DNA of 64,000 nt from the human T2T-CHM13v2.0 reference genome, Homo sapiens, in the NCBI RefSeq assembly GCF_009914755.1, contig NC_060932.1; one strand, given 5' to 3'. Under the pieces are notes generated by a model. That model made no database searches and was not told where the DNA came from. It saw only the letters and a list, made by a program, of their open reading frames with translations. Position numbers and translations under genes: made by a program. This document shows, piece after piece, positions 11,761 to 26,790 of this stretch; position 1 is the first letter of the stretch, and the number at the start of each line of letters is the position of its first letter.

Positions 11761-12424
11761 ATTGAAAGAGCTAACCAAGAAGAAATGCTGTAAAAAGAGC
11801 TGAGTTGGTTTAGTACCAAGAAATAAGGAGTAAACTTACTTGGATATGCCTGATATATTTCCAGAAAGTTCTTTACTTCTAGGATTATAAAACAATTCCC
11901 TTAGTGCCTTTAAAGTTTTGTATATTTAATTTCTGGAGCATTTAAGGACACAAAGATCACTGCATATTAAATAAACTGGACTCAAGAAACCTAATAAACT
12001 GGACCTCCATAGCTCGTATTGCTTTGTTGTTCTTGAAGAAATTTATCTACTAAATTTATATTTGTAAAGCCTTTAAAGAATAAAATATTTGTGTATTGAT
12101 CACACGTGAGCACAATGTTGACTTTCATGTAATAGTTAACAATTGCTGTTATGACATTTTGTCTCTGTTCTCATGAAGTGTTTTTATTCGTTTCTTCCAA
12201 AATAAGCAGTCACTTATTTTGCCTGTGTTCTTAACCCCCAATACTCTACGATCTGAAGTTTACCTAGGGAAAACAACAGTAACGAATCGTCACTCTTCTC
12301 ATATGACTCACAGAGGCTTTGGAGGTACTGATTATACCCTTTGATTATATCACGTACATGGATTCTATATCTTTCACAAAGAAACCATGAAGTTTTAAAA
12401 CAATTTCTTCTTATATCAAATTGG

Positions 12425-12905
12425 CACCACATGTTTATAGCAACGCTATTTACAGCAGCCCAAACATGGAAACAACCCACATGTCCATTAACAGATGAAT
12501 GGATAAACAACATATGTTAAATCCATACAAATGGAATATTATTCAGCCAAAAAAAGAATGAAGTACTGATACGTACTACAACACGGATGAACCTTGAAAA
12601 CATTATGCTAATAAGTAAAAGAAGCCAGACACAAAAGGTCTTATATGATTCCATTTACATGAAACATCTAGAATAGGTAAATCCATAGGGACAGAAAGGA
12701 GATTAGTGGTTGCCAGGGGTTGTGGGTAGGAAGGAATGCAGAGTGACTGCTTATGAGTACAAGGTGTCCTTTTGGTCTGATGAAAATGTTTTGTAACTAG
12801 AGAGGGGTAATGTTTACACAACATTGTGAGTGTTCTAAATGCCACTGAGTTTTGGCTTTAAAATGGTTAACTATAATGTGTGATTTCACCTCCATAAAAA
12901 AAATC
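12425..12905 (+). mobile_element. L1MB-type 3' end
   Basis: atgtttatagc...ggaaacaacccacatgtccattaacagatgaatggataaac...atggatgaaccttgaaaacattatgctaa; A-rich end. Confidence 0.85.
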
Positions 12906-13705
12906 TTAAATAATTGACACCACATGTCTACACACTTGGCATCTGTGTTTTCTTTAGATTCTTATGGTATGTATTTAAATACGCATTTAAAAAAAAAAAC
13001 TTTTATTTTGAAATAGAAAGCTGCAAAGGTAAATAAAGGGAGGACTTATGTACCCTTCACCTGATTTCCCCCACTGGTCACACCTTACATAATTATAGTA
13101 TAGCATCACAATCAGGACTTGGACATTACTATACTATGAATGTATTGTTTTATGTCATTTTATAGAACATAGATTTGTGTACCACCACCAGATCCAAGAT
13201 ACAGAAATATCCTACCATCACAAAGATCTCTCTCTGGCTATTCTTTTATAGTTATAACCAATCTCTCCTTGACACCATTCCTAACTCCTGGCAGCCACTA
13301 ATCTGGTTTTTCATTTCTATAATTTTGCCATTTCAATAATGTCATATAAATGGAATTATGTAATCTCTTGGAATTGAGGGTTTTTTTTTTTTAAATCTAT
13401 CATACTGTCCTTGAGATCTGTCCAAGTTGTATGTATCAGCAGTTCATTCCTTTATTGCTAAGTAATAATCCATGGCATGTATGCACCACAGTTTGTTTAA
13501 CCATCACCTACCAAGGGACAGTTTGTTGTTTCTACCTTGGGGCTATTACAAATGAAGCTGCAATGACCAGTTGTGAACAGATTTTTGTGCAGGCATAAAT
13601 TTTCATATCACTGCAATAAATGCCCAAGAATGTGCCTGCTGGATTGTATGGTAAATGTATATTTAGGGTTTTTTGTTTGTTTGTTTGTTTTGTTTTTTGG
13701 GTTTT

Positions 13706-14142
<437 letters not shown>

Positions 14143-14471
14143 AAGCCTTGCTTAGTTTTTAAGAAATTGCCAAGGTGTTTTCAAGAGTGGCCATACCATT
14201 TTTACACTCCCCCCAGCAGTGTATGAGCGATCTACTTTCTTCATATCTTTGCCAGCATTTGATATTGTTACTATTTTTTTTTTTAGTTTTTCTAATAGTT
14301 GCATAGTAATATCTCATCATGGTCTTAATTTGCATTTCCCTAATGACTAGTGATTTTAAACACTTTCTCATATGCTTTATTTGCCATGGTATCCTCTCAT
14401 CAATAAAATCTCTCTTCAAGTTTTTTCCACTTTTTAAATCAGATTATTTGTGGGTTTTAAGAGTTCTCTAT

Positions 14472-16207
14472 TGATATGGTTTGACTGTGTTCCTACCCAA
14501 ATCTCATCTTGAATGGTAGCTCCCATAATTCCCACATGTCATGGGAGGTACCCAGTGGGAGGGCAGCTCCTCCCATCACAGGCCTGGAAGCCTCGGAGGG
14601 AAAAATAGTTTAATGGGCCAGGTCTAGGGCCTCTCTGCTCTATGCAGCCTCCAAACATGGTCCCCTGCATTCCAGCTGTTTCAACTCCAGCCATGGCTAA
14701 AAGAGGCAAATGTACAGCTCAGGCTGTTGCTTCAGAGGGTGCAAGCCCCAACTCTTGGTGGCTTACATGAGGTTTTGGGTCTCCGGGAGCACAGAAGTCC
14801 AGAATTGAGGTTTGAGAACCTCTGCCTAGATTTCAGAAGATATATGGAAATGCCTGGATGTCCAGGCAGAAATTTGCTGCAGCAGCAGAGCCCTCATTGA
14901 GAACCTCTGCCAGGGCAGTGTGGAAGGGAAATGTGGGATTGGAGCCCCCACATAGAGTCCCCGCTGGGACACTGCCTAGTGGAGCTGTGAGAAGGTCACC
15001 ATCCTCCAGACCCTAGAATGGTAAATCTACCAACAGCTTGCACTGTGAGCCTGGAAAAGCCGCAGACACTCAATGCTAGCCCATGAAAGCCGTCAGGAGG
15101 CTGTACTCTGCAAAGGGAGAGGGGTGAAGCTGCCCAAGGCCATGGACACCCACCTCTGGCATCAGTGTGTCCTGGATGTGAGACATAGAGTCAAAGGAGA
15201 TCATTTTGGAACTTTAAGGTTTAATGACTGCCCTATTGGATTTAGGACTTGCTTAGAGCCTGTAGCCCCTTTTTTTGGGCCAATTTCTCCCATTTGGGAC
15301 AGGTATATTTACCCAATGCCTGTACCTCCGTTGTATCTGGGAAGTAACTAAGTTGCTTTTGATTTTACAGGCTCCTAGGCGGAAGGGACTTGCCTTGTCT
15401 CAGATGAGAGTTTTGACTGTGGACTTTTGAGTTAATGCTGAATGAGTTAAGACTTTGGGGGATTGTTGGGAAGGCATGATTGGTTTGGAAATGTGAGGAC
15501 ATCAGATTTGGCGGGGGTAGGGGGTGGCAGAGGCAGAATGATATGGTTTGGTTGTGTCCCCACCCAAATCTAATCTTGAATTGTAGCTCCCATAATTCCC
15601 ATGTGTCTTGGTAGGGACCTGATGGGAGGTAATTGCATCATGGGGGCAGGTCTTTCCCATGCTGTTCTCATGACAGTGAATAAGTCTCACAAGATCTGAC
15701 AGCTTTACAAAGAGGAGTTTCCTGCACATGCTCTCTTTGCCTGCCACCAGACATGACTTTCTTCTCCTTTGCCTTCTGCCATGATTGTGAAGCCTCTCCA
15801 GGCATGTGGAACAGTGAGTCCATTAAATCTCTTTCTTTTTTTTTTTTTTTTTTTTTGAGACGGAGTCTCGCTCTGTCACCCAGGCTGGAGTGCAGTGGCG
15901 TGGTCTCGGCTCACTGCAAGCTCCGCCTCCCGGGTTCACGCCATTCTCCTGCCTCAGCCTCCTGAGTAGCTGGGACTAGAGGCGCCCACTACCACACCCG
16001 GCTAATTTTTTGTATTTTTAGTAGAGACGGGGTTTCACCATGTTAGCCAGGATGGTCTCGATCTCCTGACCTCGTGATCCACCCGCCTCGGCCTCCCAAA
16101 GTGCTGGGATTACAGGCGTGAGCCACCGTGCTTGGCCAATCTCTTTCTTTATAAATTACCCAGTCTCGGATATGTCTTTATTTGCAGCATAAGAATGGAC
16201 TAATACA
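14472..16207 (+). mobile_element. THE1 (MaLR) provirus, internally deleted: partial 5' LTR 14472-14562, internal 14563-15538, 3' LTR 15539-16207
   Basis: Both LTRs begin TGATATGGTTTG; the 3' LTR ends GACTAATACA; polypurine-tract-like sequence precedes 15539; 5-bp TSD TCTAT/TTTAT. Confidence 0.9.
15839..16137 (-). mobile_element. AluY inside the THE1 3' LTR
   Basis: Near-consensus AluY; TSD AATCTCTTTCTTT at 15826-15838 and 16138-16150. Confidence 0.96.
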
Positions 16208-16929
16208 TTTATATATTCTATGTATGAGGTTTTTTTTGTCAGATACATCGTTTAGAAATATTTTCATCAGTCTGTAGGTTTTTTTAATTTTCTTAATTAT
16301 TTAATTACTTAATTATTAATTTCTTTTCTTAATTATTACCCAGATAACTAAACAAAACAAAGAGAGTACACAAAAAGCAAACTACAAAGAAATACCCCTC
16401 ATTATTATACAAGCAAACATTTTAAACATAATATTAAGTAGAATTCAAAAATATATAAAAGAAATTATAGGAGCAAGTTGGTTTGTCTTAAGGATATAAT
16501 ACTCATTTAATATCTGAAAATCAACCAGTGTAAACCATTATAGTGATAGGCTAAAGAAGAAAAATTATCTGATCATATCAGCTGATGCAGGAAAGCCATT
16601 TGACAAAATGTGACATTCATCCTTTATAAAAACTAAAAGTAATAGGAATATACAAAAAGTAGTGGGGCTCTAGATCTACAAAAAACCCTATAACTAATAT
16701 TCTAGTTTAGTGATGAAAGGCTGAATGAATGCTTTCCCCTTAATATTGGAAAAGGGGCAAGGATGTCTGCTCTCACCAATGCTTTCAATAAAACATGTAT
16801 TTTTCTACTTGTCCCTCTCTTTTATTATTCCCTGCAAAGGAAGGAAAAAAATGTCAAATGTATCTACCAAGTCAGTTTATCTTAATCCATCCTCTGATCA
16901 ATATAATTTATCACAAATGTAGCCAAAGT

Positions 16930-17135
16930 AGTCAGTATGGTACAGTGGAAAGGCATGGATTTTGGAATCTGAGAACCTGGGTTCTGCTCACAGCTCTGCC
17001 ACTCACTTGCTGAGGGATGTTGATCCAGTTCTTTGAGCACAAGTTTCCTAATAGTAAATACACATCCTGCATACTGACAGGTTGTAGTATGAATAAAATG
17101 TGATATATGGTGGGAGAGAGTAATAAAAGTAATAA
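16930..17135 (+). mobile_element. MIR SINE
   Basis: cagtatggtacagtggaaaggcatggattttggaatctgagaacctgggttctg...ctctgccactcact. Confidence 0.75.
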
Positions 17136-17410
17136 CTTGTAGTTCAAATTAGGTCAAATGAAACTTATCATCTATTGACTGTTATGAATCAGGCCTATTA
17201 TGAGTGCTGAGGATCCAGTATGTCCCTCTACACATGTTAATAACCAGTAGATTTCATTACACGATGTACAGTGAGTCAGGACCATGAGAAAAAAAATAAG
17301 TACAAATTCTTCAATGAATCCATGCGGGTAATGGATCAAAACTTATTTTATCCTATGATTTGGAAAGTCTACCTTGGGAACAAATTAAGTTCATAGTATT
17401 TGTCTTCTCC

Positions 17411-19347
<1,937 letters not shown>

Positions 19348-19739
19348 TGAGAACACAAAATTTAAACCCTTAGTTCTGGCATGAAAAATGCTAACCTGGA
19401 CACATTGACCTCTTGAATATTAGCTAGAGTCTTATTTGTATACCTTGCTATGCCAGTAGAGTTACTGAAACAGTATCTTCGAATTTGCCAATAAATTATC
19501 CTAAACTCTCTTGCACAAATAAGCAAGCTTTACTCTAAGAAGCAGTGCTGCCAGAAAATAAGTCTAACTGTGGACACATGAATGCAATATAACCCTTTTA
19601 CTTGGCTTTACAATTTTTTAAAAAAGTGAATTACTTTTTTATGGCAAAAACTTTGTAGTTTCCTATTGAAGGGGGCAGTGACTAGCAGCAGGAGATTTAT
19701 GCTTGGAGATAAATACATTCATATATAAGTAGTTTTACA

Positions 19740-20580
19740 TCTTAAAAAATAAATTACCAGAAGAAAACATAGATGAATTTCTTCATATCCTTAAATTAAG
19801 AAAGATTTTTTTAAGTCTAGAATCAATTTTAAAAATTAATCATTTTGATTACCAACAAATATGAAAAGTCTAAATACCAAATCAAAAAGACTTCTATGAG
19901 CAAAATAAAATGACAGAGAAAAAAATTGGAATTCATAGCATAAAAGAAAAATGGAAATTAAAACTATACCAAGCAATCATCACTCTAAACAATCATGATG
20001 GCAAAAATTCAAAAGTTAGACAATGTCAATTTGTTGACAAGTTTATGAGGAAACTGACAGTCATACATTGCAGATGACAGTGACAGTACAACTCCTACTA
20101 AAAATTTGGTAATTTTCATTTAATTACAAATTCATTTATACTATGACCCAAGATTTTGCTTCAGAGAATTATCCTAAAGAAGCATATACACAAAATAATG
20201 AATGTTCAAGGCTGTTCACTAAAACCTTGTTTGTAATAGCAAAACAACCCAACTATCATCAACTGTGAACTTTTAGATGATAGGTGGAACTGTGCAACAT
20301 CCACTCAGAAAACACTATGCAGTTACAAAAATTAAGGAGGTTGCTCTCTAAGTGTGGACACAGAAAGATCTCCAGGATATATTACTAACTGAATTTAAAA
20401 AAAAAACAAAGTCATAAAATAGGATCCACAGTATGATATCTTTTATTTATGAAGGAGGTGACTAGAGTGGACAGGGACAGAGACTGGAAATGGAAATTCT
20501 TAATTTTATGGCTTTTATTTTTGAATTATATGAATGCATACACTATTCAAATTTTCAAAATTGAATAAAATAGAAACAAA
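19740..20580 (+). mobile_element. Ancient L1 (L1ME-like) 3' portion
   Basis: A-rich degenerate ORF2 end/3'UTR: ...ctatgacccaag...gtaatagcaaaacaacccaactatcatcaac. Confidence 0.6.
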
Positions 20581-21082
20581 GAAGACCTGGAGTGAAATTC
20601 TGATTCACTTATAAACTATGGAACCTTGAACAGTTAACCAACTTGGTTTCTTAGTCTCTAAAATTGAAAACAAACCTCGCTTATGTCATTTTTTTTAACA
20701 AATGATATATTTGAAAATGTTTTTGAACCATGAAACGGCATAAATGGAAAGCATATTATCTTTTATTTTTATTTTTCTTAAAATGACTTGCTGGCAAACA
20801 TATATACAAAAGTAGGTAATAATCTCATCAAGCAAGTATATGGGCACAGAAATATCCAATATTCAGCATAAATGTTTTCTTCATTCTTCTCATTTTTCAT
20901 TAATTCTTCAGCCATTTTTTTCAAAAAAATGTTTTCATCCATAAAAACATTTAATCAGGCCCGGAAATTGTTAGAGAACAGACAGTGGAAAAAAAACCGT
21001 TGAATCACTGGAACTATAGCCCGTCCAAATTCATCCTTCCAGTACAGCTGCTTTCTTCCTTCTGTTGGCTGCTAGGTGGCTG

Positions 21083-21801
21083 TGTTAGAGTAGGTAGTTA
21101 GTCACACTGTGCAGGGCAGGAGAAGACCCCTCCTTATCCTACCAGGAATGTCAGACGACCATCAAGTGATGGTCAGGCAGTAGTTAAATTGCCTTTCTAA
21201 AATAATAATTGGTCACAGCCAGCACCAGGGAAAGGCAGTCTCCTAACAGATAGAAAAAAACAAAACAAAACTGCAACTGGCAATGTGCGGCTTCTCAATA
21301 AGATCTCAGGAGTTGAGTGAGTGGGCTCAAGCATGTGCACTAAGAGACAAAGTGGCAGAGTTTAACTAGTATATGACCTTCCTCTGGGAATACTCGCCTG
21401 GTAAGGGAAAACACCTCAAGTGAGCATGTGCACAACTTCAGCAAACACACTGCGCATGTGACCCCTCCCAGGTGCTGGCAGGCCACTGTGCGTGTGGACG
21501 GCTCACCACAAGGAGAGATCAGGGGAGAAGTAATGGAACCCTGGAAGTATGCCAATATATAAACCCCAAGTTAAAGGCCCAACAGCACACTTGAATCTCT
21601 CAAATCTCCTGCTTGGCCCTCCTCCACGTGTACTTTACTTCCTTTTGTTTCTGCTCTAAAACTTTTTAATAAACTTTCACACCTGCTCTAAAACCTGCCT
21701 TGGTCTCTCACTCTGCCTTATGCCCCTTGGTCAAATTCTTTCTTCTGAGGAGGCAAGAATTGAGGATGCTGCAGACGCCTATGGATTCAATGCTGCTAAC
21801 A
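21083..21801 (+). mobile_element. Solo ERV1 LTR, MER50-like
   Basis: TGTTAGAGTAGGTAG...GCTGCTAACA termini; perfect 4-bp TSD GCTG (21079-21082, 21802-21805); TATATAA near 21557; AATAAA 21668-21673. Confidence 0.85.
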
Positions 21802-22890
21802 GCTGTGTGGATGCCTTTGGCCTCTCCCCTTGCTGCCAACCAGAGAATTCACTGCTACCCAGTGTGGCAGAACACTCTTATTTCTGCCCACAACTTTTGT
21901 CATCTCTGCTGTCCTCTTTGCCACTAAATCTCCTATTTCTGGGCTCTCCAGTCTGAGGAATGGCAGTCGGGAGCAGGGGTCAGCAACAAGCCACAGGAGC
22001 GGCTCTTCAGATTCACTTCTCACCACCTCTTCTTACACAGCACGGAGCTTCGGCTTCTCCTGCTCCCATTTATCCCCCTTGTACAGAGTGCAAACTCCTC
22101 CTAGGAAGCCTGGGACTGCTAGGCCCAGCCACTGCTCTAACCACTTTTTGTTCTAGCCTAATAGTGTGACTTTTTTCTTCAGGCCTCTTGTACCTGCTGT
22201 CATAAGACAGCAATTTCTATGATTCCTGTACCCTTATCTTGGGTCAGCAGTGAGGGGCCTTAGTATCCCATCTCATCACCCACTCTGATCCCACTTCCTC
22301 CTTTCCCTTCCACATTTAGGCACTCCGATTTCCCTGCAGATGGACCCACAGCTCCCTGTTCTCATTCCACATGTGTCACCAGCCTATAAAGTTTTCTCTA
22401 CACACATACCTCTCAATTCAGGCCCATTCTTCATTTAAAAAGAGTGACTCAGGGGCAGCTGCAAACACTGTAGACCTTCCCTGAGATTGCTGCTAAGCAA
22501 CATTGCAATTCCAGAAGAGTAAGCTCCAGCCTCACTTGATGAGTATTAGATTTTCCAAAAGAATGAAATTTGAAATTTTTTTGACTTAATTTAAGTATGA
22601 TTATCATATGACACTCTGAGACACTATAAACAGAGTAGAAAGTTCCCTCAAATTTTATCACACACACCACTACATCACTTATCCAGTCATGGGATCAATC
22701 AGAGAGGAAGAAAAAAAAGTCAATTAAAAAAAATCAAACTAAGAGTATGAAGTTTTAACATCAAAATTACTCAAGTCAATCTCCAAAAGGAAAGTTCATA
22801 AAAACCATAAAATAAACCTATTTCTAAATTGCAGAATTGAAAGAAATCTGTATATTTATTTTGATGAATCCTGTATTAAAAAGAGAAAAA

Positions 22891-23171
22891 GGTCAGGTGC
22901 AGTGGCTCATGCCTATAATCCCAGCACTTTAGGAGGCTGAGGCGGGTGGATCACTTGAGGCCAAGAGTGTGAGACCAGCTTGACCAACATGGTGAAACCC
23001 TGTCTCTACTAAAATGCAAAGACTAGCTGGGTGTGGTGGCAGGTACCTGTAATCCTAGCTACTCAGGAGGCTGAGGCATGAGAATTGCTTTAGCCTGGGA
23101 GGCGGAGGTTTCAGTGCGCCAAGACTACACCACTGCACTCCAGCCTGTGTGACGGAGTGAGACACTGTCTC

Positions 23172-23199
<28 letters not shown>
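22891..23199 (+). mobile_element. Alu (AluS) with long poly(A)
   Basis: Full dimer with a pure A tail of about 28 nt. Confidence 0.96.
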
Positions 23200-23204
<5 letters not shown>

Positions 23205-24829
23205 AAACCATCAATATACATCTTGCCAGACTGCCATAGGAAAGATAAAGCATGCATCTCTAATACCAGTATCAATATAAGCCTTCCAGGTTCAACAATA
23301 GTTGGAAGTTAATAAGTGTACCACAATCTGCTGAATTATTTTTTCCTGATCTTGGAGCTCAATTTGTTAGAAATGTTGTATGTTTCTTACGTATACTCAA
23401 GGTTCCCACAAAGGCCTGAGGCCATAGAATCACTGTGGTTTCACTACCAATTTTCAACAACTTCCATGGAATATTTCTAGATTACACTGGAAGCTGTTTG
23501 TTATAAACACTTCCTTATGCTTCTGTCTTCCACTGAGCTGAAAAGATCTCTTTTCTTTCTGATCTTCAGCCATTGCTAAAGTGCTAACCTATCTGTCCTT
23601 GTCCCGCTTCCTGGATGCCATGTCCTGTAACTTTGTGCTTCGACCTCAGTGTGACAGCTGTTCCCATGGTTTTGGCTGGAGCTGTTGCATTTACCCAGCA
23701 AAAGCTGTTGGCTCCTCTCACTTACTGCAGTCCTGCTGCTCTTGGCTGCAAGCCTCCTGACAGATTGCTCTAGCAATTTTATTAGGTAAAAGACCCTGAG
23801 GGAAGCTTGTCCCATGTAACGGGACTACACAATGTTACTGACATCTTCTCACCAAGAGAGCAAATATTTCTGCCCAGACCACCAAGTCTCATGCTTATGA
23901 CTTCCAAATGGGTCCATTGTCTATAAACAGCCGTGATGCAGTGAGAATAATTAATTCCATGCCATTGTAGGTGAATTAGGAACCCAAAATACAGGTTAGT
24001 GGCTCACCATTTTTTTTACAGTTAGTCTAGTAGTTGGATAAATATTAAATAAATTATAAATAAAAATTGTGTCCTGGAGTCATTTTGGAGGTTCAAAAAA
24101 TACATGATCAATTGTAAAGAAGGTAAATTTAATAATCTTGATATTCTGAAGTGTATGATCGACATAAACCCCTTCATTTTGCAGAGAAGAAAGCTGAGGC
24201 TCAAGGATTTGCCCCGGGTCATTTTGGCATTTAACTGGAAGCTGCTTGACTCACTCCCATAATACATTCAACCATATTTTTTATAATTTGTATCCTGAAA
24301 AACTGGATCCAAATTAGAATTTCAATATCGACCACAAAAGGCAAATTTTATTTTTTTAACTTTGAATCTTCATTTCTGAAATTGACTTGGCAGAATGTTT
24401 TCTCCCTTCCCTTTTTCACATTCTTGCCTGATTTTTATATTAAAAAATACCTTCCAATCCCATGATAGGGTTATCCAACACCTGTAAGGGAATTGGAGAT
24501 CTTCAGAATAAATCCCTACCTGGCAAACCAAATAAAACATGGCTATAAATAATCATGGCCATAAAAACTGGACTCACTTGCCTAGGGCGTAAGAGAAATC
24601 AGATCAGTAAAAGAAATTAGAGAGAAGATACAGATGGGGTCATATAAGGGCAAAAGGCAGCATGATCTGTTGTTCTTTTCATATCCCTCCACTTCTGGGG
24701 CGTGTGGGTGAGGGGGGTGGGAGCTTTGTGGTAGGGAGAATGGTGATTCTACTTTCCACCATCAGTATTATATTTGTAATCTCTCACCTGAACAATTTGA
24801 AATCTATTAAAGTACAGAAAGAATTCATG

Positions 24830-25128
24830 GGCTAGGCATGGTGGCTCACGCCTATAATCTCAGCACTTTGGGAGGCTGAGGCGGGTGGATAGCCTGAGGT
24901 CAGCAGTTCGAGATCAGCCTGGCCAACATAGCCAAACCCCATCTCTACTAAAAATACAAAAATTAACCAGGCATTGTGGTGAGTGTCTATAATCTCAGCT
25001 ACTCAGGAGGCTGAGGCAGGAGAATACCTTGAACCTGGGGCAAAAGTTGCAGTGAGCTGAGATCGCACCACCTCACTCCAGCCTGGCGAAAGAGTGAAAC
25101 TACGTCTCAAAAAAAAAAAAAAAAAAAA
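24830..25128 (+). mobile_element. Alu (AluS) inserted at the 5' end of a MIR
   Basis: Full dimer; TSD AAAGAATTCATG on both sides; MIR continues 25140-25360. Confidence 0.95.
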
Positions 25129-25134
25129 GAATTC

Positions 25135-25360
25135 ATGGACTCCAGCTGTGTTCCCAGAGACCTGAGTTCAAATCCTGCCCTGACATTTAGCTGTTGTGTG
25201 GTCTAAACAAAGGTTCTTGTTTGCTACAAACTCAAGTTTCTTTCTTTGTGACAGGGCAGTAACCATACCATCCTCCCAGGGGTTGTCGTGAGGTTGAAAT
25301 GAGATAGCACAAGCAGAACACCTGGTATTCATAGAGGCCCAATTAGTGCAGTTTTCATTT
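25135..25360 (+). mobile_element. MIR SINE
   Basis: gacctgagttcaaatcctgccctgacatttagctgttgtgtg...ggttgtcgtgaggttgaaatgagata. Confidence 0.7.
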
Positions 25361-26469
25361 GTTTTTATAAAGTAAGACTGTATTAATAAATAGGAAGGAA
25401 AATGCAAACAGTACAGAGTAAATCAGATTGTTGATTTTGTTTCTTTGCAGACTAGTGATGTTTAAAAAACCCTTCCAAGGATACTATAAATTTCCCCAAA
25501 CTCCAAGCACAGTGAAATTCTTCCTAATGCCATTTGAAAGTTCACTGGGTTTGAGAAACTATATCTGGGGACACCATGTTTGATACAAGAGACTGGAGAA
25601 AAAAATTTTGGCCTGGCTCACTGTTGACCCCTCAAGATTTATCTTCTTTCCTTTTTCCTCTTCCCTCTTCTCCCACTCTTTTTTTTTTCTTCTTCTTTTT
25701 CCTAGCACTGCCAGGATAACTTCCTGGGCAAAAATCCAGTTTTTCTTTTAAATAGCAAATGTGCCCTCCTGAAATAGGTTTAGTAAGAACTGAAGCAGGA
25801 TGAAGCCTAAATGGAGGAGAGAACTTAATCTGCACACACACACTCCCACCCCTCCCAAAAAACGAGCCCTTCTGTAACCTTTGCTGTGACCCTCCTTTCC
25901 TTTGTGGCTTGACCTATTCATCTGTTCAGGGAGAGGGTGGAAGGTCACTGGGTGGAACCAACTAATTGCACTAGGAAATCTCCCAGTAATGCAAGAACAT
26001 TGGGGAAAACCAGGAAAGAAAAAAAATAGATTCACGAAGGAGAAACTGCTGCCAAAAGTTGCGATTGAATCTTGTTGGATTTATTTAGAGCATCTTGCTT
26101 TGCATATAAATATGAAACCAAACAAATCTCTAAGCCAGCCTGTTTAGACAAAGTTGACATTTCAATGGAAACCAAAGCTGCGCCTCTATGATGCCAAGAT
26201 ATCTGGATAAAAAAATTAAAAACTGCATCAATAAATAATTATCTGTTAAACCTATTGCCCAAGTCCAGCCCTGTGCCCAGGCACTGATGAGAGGATGAGA
26301 AGCAGAACAATAGTCTTTCTCATCAAGGAGCTTGCAGTATGGAGCAGAGATTAATAACAATAGCATCCTGACTAAAATAGCCCACCATCTTCATTTATCT
26401 ATATCTATGTCCATATCTACATCTCTATCTCTGTCTTTACCTCTGTCCCTACCTATCTGTATCTATCCC

Positions 26470-26790
26470 TCAAGAAAGAGAGAATTTACTTTCTAAGTCA
26501 TTTTCTTCCCTCTAGAATGTATGTCCACGAGAAAAGGGGCTTGGTTTTATTTATTGCCATATTCCCCACCTAAGAATTGAGTCTAACATTACACTCAATA
26601 AATGTTTATTCATTGAAATAATGATATAGACCAATAAGATGTTAACAGGAGACATCAGAAAATTCTCATGGAGAAAAGATATCTTCAGCTGAACCACGAA
26701 GGACAGATAGAATTTGGATGGATAAGAGGAAGAGAGCATTCCAGGTATGGGCATATAGGAAATGTGGGGGAAATATTCCCACTCTCTCAA
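26470..26790. mobile_element. L2 fragments
   Basis: ctctagaatgtatgtccacgag...actcaataaatgtttattcattga, followed by a purine-rich L2-like segment. Confidence 0.5.
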
